Assembly (NCBI RefSeq): GCF_022045235.1
Contig: NW_027266264.1
Span: 15,004,001 to 15,068,000, forward strand
Source: Haliotis cracherodii
Taxonomy: Eukaryota
Direction: 5' to 3'
Length of the DNA stretch: 64,000 bases
In this document: one piece after another, positions 62,349-64,000 of the stretch
Layout of the letters: the number at the start of each line of letters is the position of its first letter
How positions within the stretch are numbered: the first letter of the stretch is position 1
Made by a program: the position numbers and the translations under genes
Notes under the pieces: model-generated
The model's input: the letters and a program-made list of their open reading frames with translations, nothing else
The model's database searches: none
What the model was told of the DNA's origin: nothing

Positions 62349-63629
62349 ATGGGTCCTCTCCTCTTTATGTGGCTCTTTCTGATGACGTTGTTGCCATGCC
62401 CCATGACCATGTTTCATGCAACTGATCAACAAATAAACTGCACATTTTGCGCTCCCCTTCCACCTCAGGAATGGTTAAGCATTGAGGACAACAGGGGACT
62501 GATGAGAAGCAACACCTTACAAAGACAAACTCAATGGGTTCAATATGTAAACAGAGCCAACCAGAAACCCCGAAATGTGCACCGTCAAACTGGATTTATA
62601 AGAGGAACAGAAATACCGAGAGTCCAGAAGAGACCCTTTGTTACCAATGGGAAATTTGTTTCCAGATTGGTCAACCCATCGCGTCCTGTGTCCAATGGCA
62701 TCGTAAATAGTATCACAAATCCAGGGAATCGTTTTAGTTTTAGAAACCAAGCCCGATCTAGAGCTCAAAAGAAGGCAGTGCCAAAAAATATTCTAAACCG
62801 AATTTCAGATCTTATCAATCCCCGCAGAAGACAGTCAATACATTCTCAGCCACCAAACCTTCGAGGTATTCAACGCAAGACCAAATCCCAAAACATCCGA
62901 AACTCAATTTCAGATCTTATCAATCCCCGCAGAAGACAGTCAAGACCTTCTCAGCCACCATACCTTCGAGGTATTCAACGCAAGACCAAATCCCAAAACA
63001 TCCGAAACTCAATTTCAGATCTTATCAATCCCCGCAGAAGACAGTCAAGACCTTCTCAGCCACCATACCTTCGAGGTATTCAACGCAAGACCAAATCCCA
63101 AAACATCCGAAACTCAATTTCAGATCTTATCAATCCCCGAAGAAGACAGTCAAGACCTTCTCAGCCACCAAACCTTCGTGGTATTCAACACAAGACCGAA
63201 TCTAAACACAATCGAAATTCAATTTCAAATCGTGCTAATCAACACAGAGGGCAGTCGATGCCTTCTCTGCCAGGATACGTTCGTGGTATTCAACGCAAAA
63301 CCGAGTCCAATAACATCCGACAACCAATTCCAAATCGTGCTAATCCACGCAGAAGACAGTCAAGACCTTCTCAACCAGCATACCTCCGTAGTATTCAACG
63401 CAAGACTAAGTCCAAAAACACCCTAAAGCCAATATCAGATCGTGCTTATCCACACAGAGAAGAGTCGATGCCTCCTCTGCCAGGATACGTTCGTGATATA
63501 CAAAGTATGTCCGTATCCCCAAACAACCGAAACTCAATTTCAGACCTGTACAATCCACGACTGGGACATATAAGACCCCAAACAGGGCATCCTCATACAA
63601 GTCAGCCCACAGCAGCTTTACCTTGGTGA
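62349..63629 (+). CDS. Secreted Arg-rich protein Z with ~7.4 tandem 35-aa repeats, 426 aa
   Basis: Polypyrimidine acceptor TTTTAG at 62333, ATG in ACAATGG context, hydrophobic N-terminus MGPLLFMWLFLMTLLP, CTFC motif, 105-bp repeat NIRNSISDLINPRRRQSRPSQPPYLRGIQRKTKSQ. Candidate donors at 63626 or 63691. Confidence 0.85.
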   Translation: MGPLLFMWLFLMTLLPCPMTMFHATDQQINCTFCAPLPPQEWLSIEDNRGLMRSNTLQRQTQWVQYVNRANQKPRNVHRQTGFIRGTEIPRVQKRPFVTNGKFVSRLVNPSRPVSNGIVNSITNPGNRFSFRNQARSRAQKKAVPKNILNRISDLINPRRRQSIHSQPPNLRGIQRKTKSQNIRNSISDLINPRRRQSRPSQPPYLRGIQRKTKSQNIRNSISDLINPRRRQSRPSQPPYLRGIQRKTKSQNIRNSISDLINPRRRQSRPSQPPNLRGIQHKTESKHNRNSISNRANQHRGQSMPSLPGYVRGIQRKTESNNIRQPIPNRANPRRRQSRPSQPAYLRSIQRKTKSKNTLKPISDRAYPHREESMPPLPGYVRDIQSMSVSPNNRNSISDLYNPRLGHIRPQTGHPHTSQPTAALPW

Positions 63630-63706
63630 GCATGTTAAATATTACATCTTATGTTGACATTAGATATAGCTATCACAACATGTTGTTGGTGTAAGTATTT
63701 ACAGAA

Positions 63707-63801
63707 TAGCCGTTCCACAAAGCGATTGTAGCGCTAGGATGATCCTAACTCCCAATTTTTACGATAGACGTGGCGTCACGATCGCTTTGCGGAACTAGGC
63801 C
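63707..63801. mobile_element. Short hairpin MITE
   Basis: GCCGTTCCACAAAGCGAT ... ATCGCTTTGCGGAACTAGGC inverted ends. Confidence 0.55.
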
Positions 63802-64000
63802 CAGGAGTAACTTCCGAGTCCCAAGACATCTTCCAAGTCAATCTATCGTTAAGGCGACATCACATAAAATGGTATGTGCCGTCATGTACAATGGATGACG
63901 TCAACGTCAACTATTTGCAAAAATGATTTCATATGACATCACGTTTGGGCTCCTTCGCAAACAATGAAAACAATATAACAATTTAAACGAAGTAGGCAAA

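Overview
Eukaryotic (animal) genomic DNA, AT-rich and intron-containing. The SINE families suggest a gastropod mollusc such as abalone (inference from recalled repeat motifs). There are two gene neighbourhoods in a background of decayed transposons. (1) 6.5-15.6 kb: a head-to-head pair of intact 5-exon paralogues. Each encodes an N-terminal SQSTM1/p62-type PB1 domain but no ZZ or UBA domain. Gene A (minus, ~837 aa) carries a long Arg/Gly/Cys-rich tail with an RVxF motif. Gene B (plus, ~389 aa) carries RGG boxes and a C-terminal SIM-like motif. They share a 975-bp mirror-symmetric promoter with a TATA box and a heat-shock element for each direction, plus CRE, E-box/CLEAR-like and ATF4/CEBP-like sites. 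This is the best candidate for an undescribed system: a stress-inducible, p62-derived condensate scaffold pair. (2) 27-63.6 kb: four co-oriented genes for secreted, Cys-poor, repetitive low-complexity proteins. Two are PKG/DPW-repeat paralogues from a ~20-kb-period tandem segmental duplication, one is an 840-aa P/T/S/Q-rich protein, and one is an Arg-rich protein with 35-aa repeats. Each has a single coding exon, and at least three have an intron just after the stop codon. Mobile DNA includes LINE RT relics, R4/Dong-like RLE retroelement fragments, Penelope-like relics, two Tc1 (DD34E) elements, a Sailor-like long-spacer DDE transposase relic, MITEs, several SINE families, minisatellites and microsatellites. 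There is one assembly gap (10242-10395). All functional statements are inference from sequence; no searches were run.
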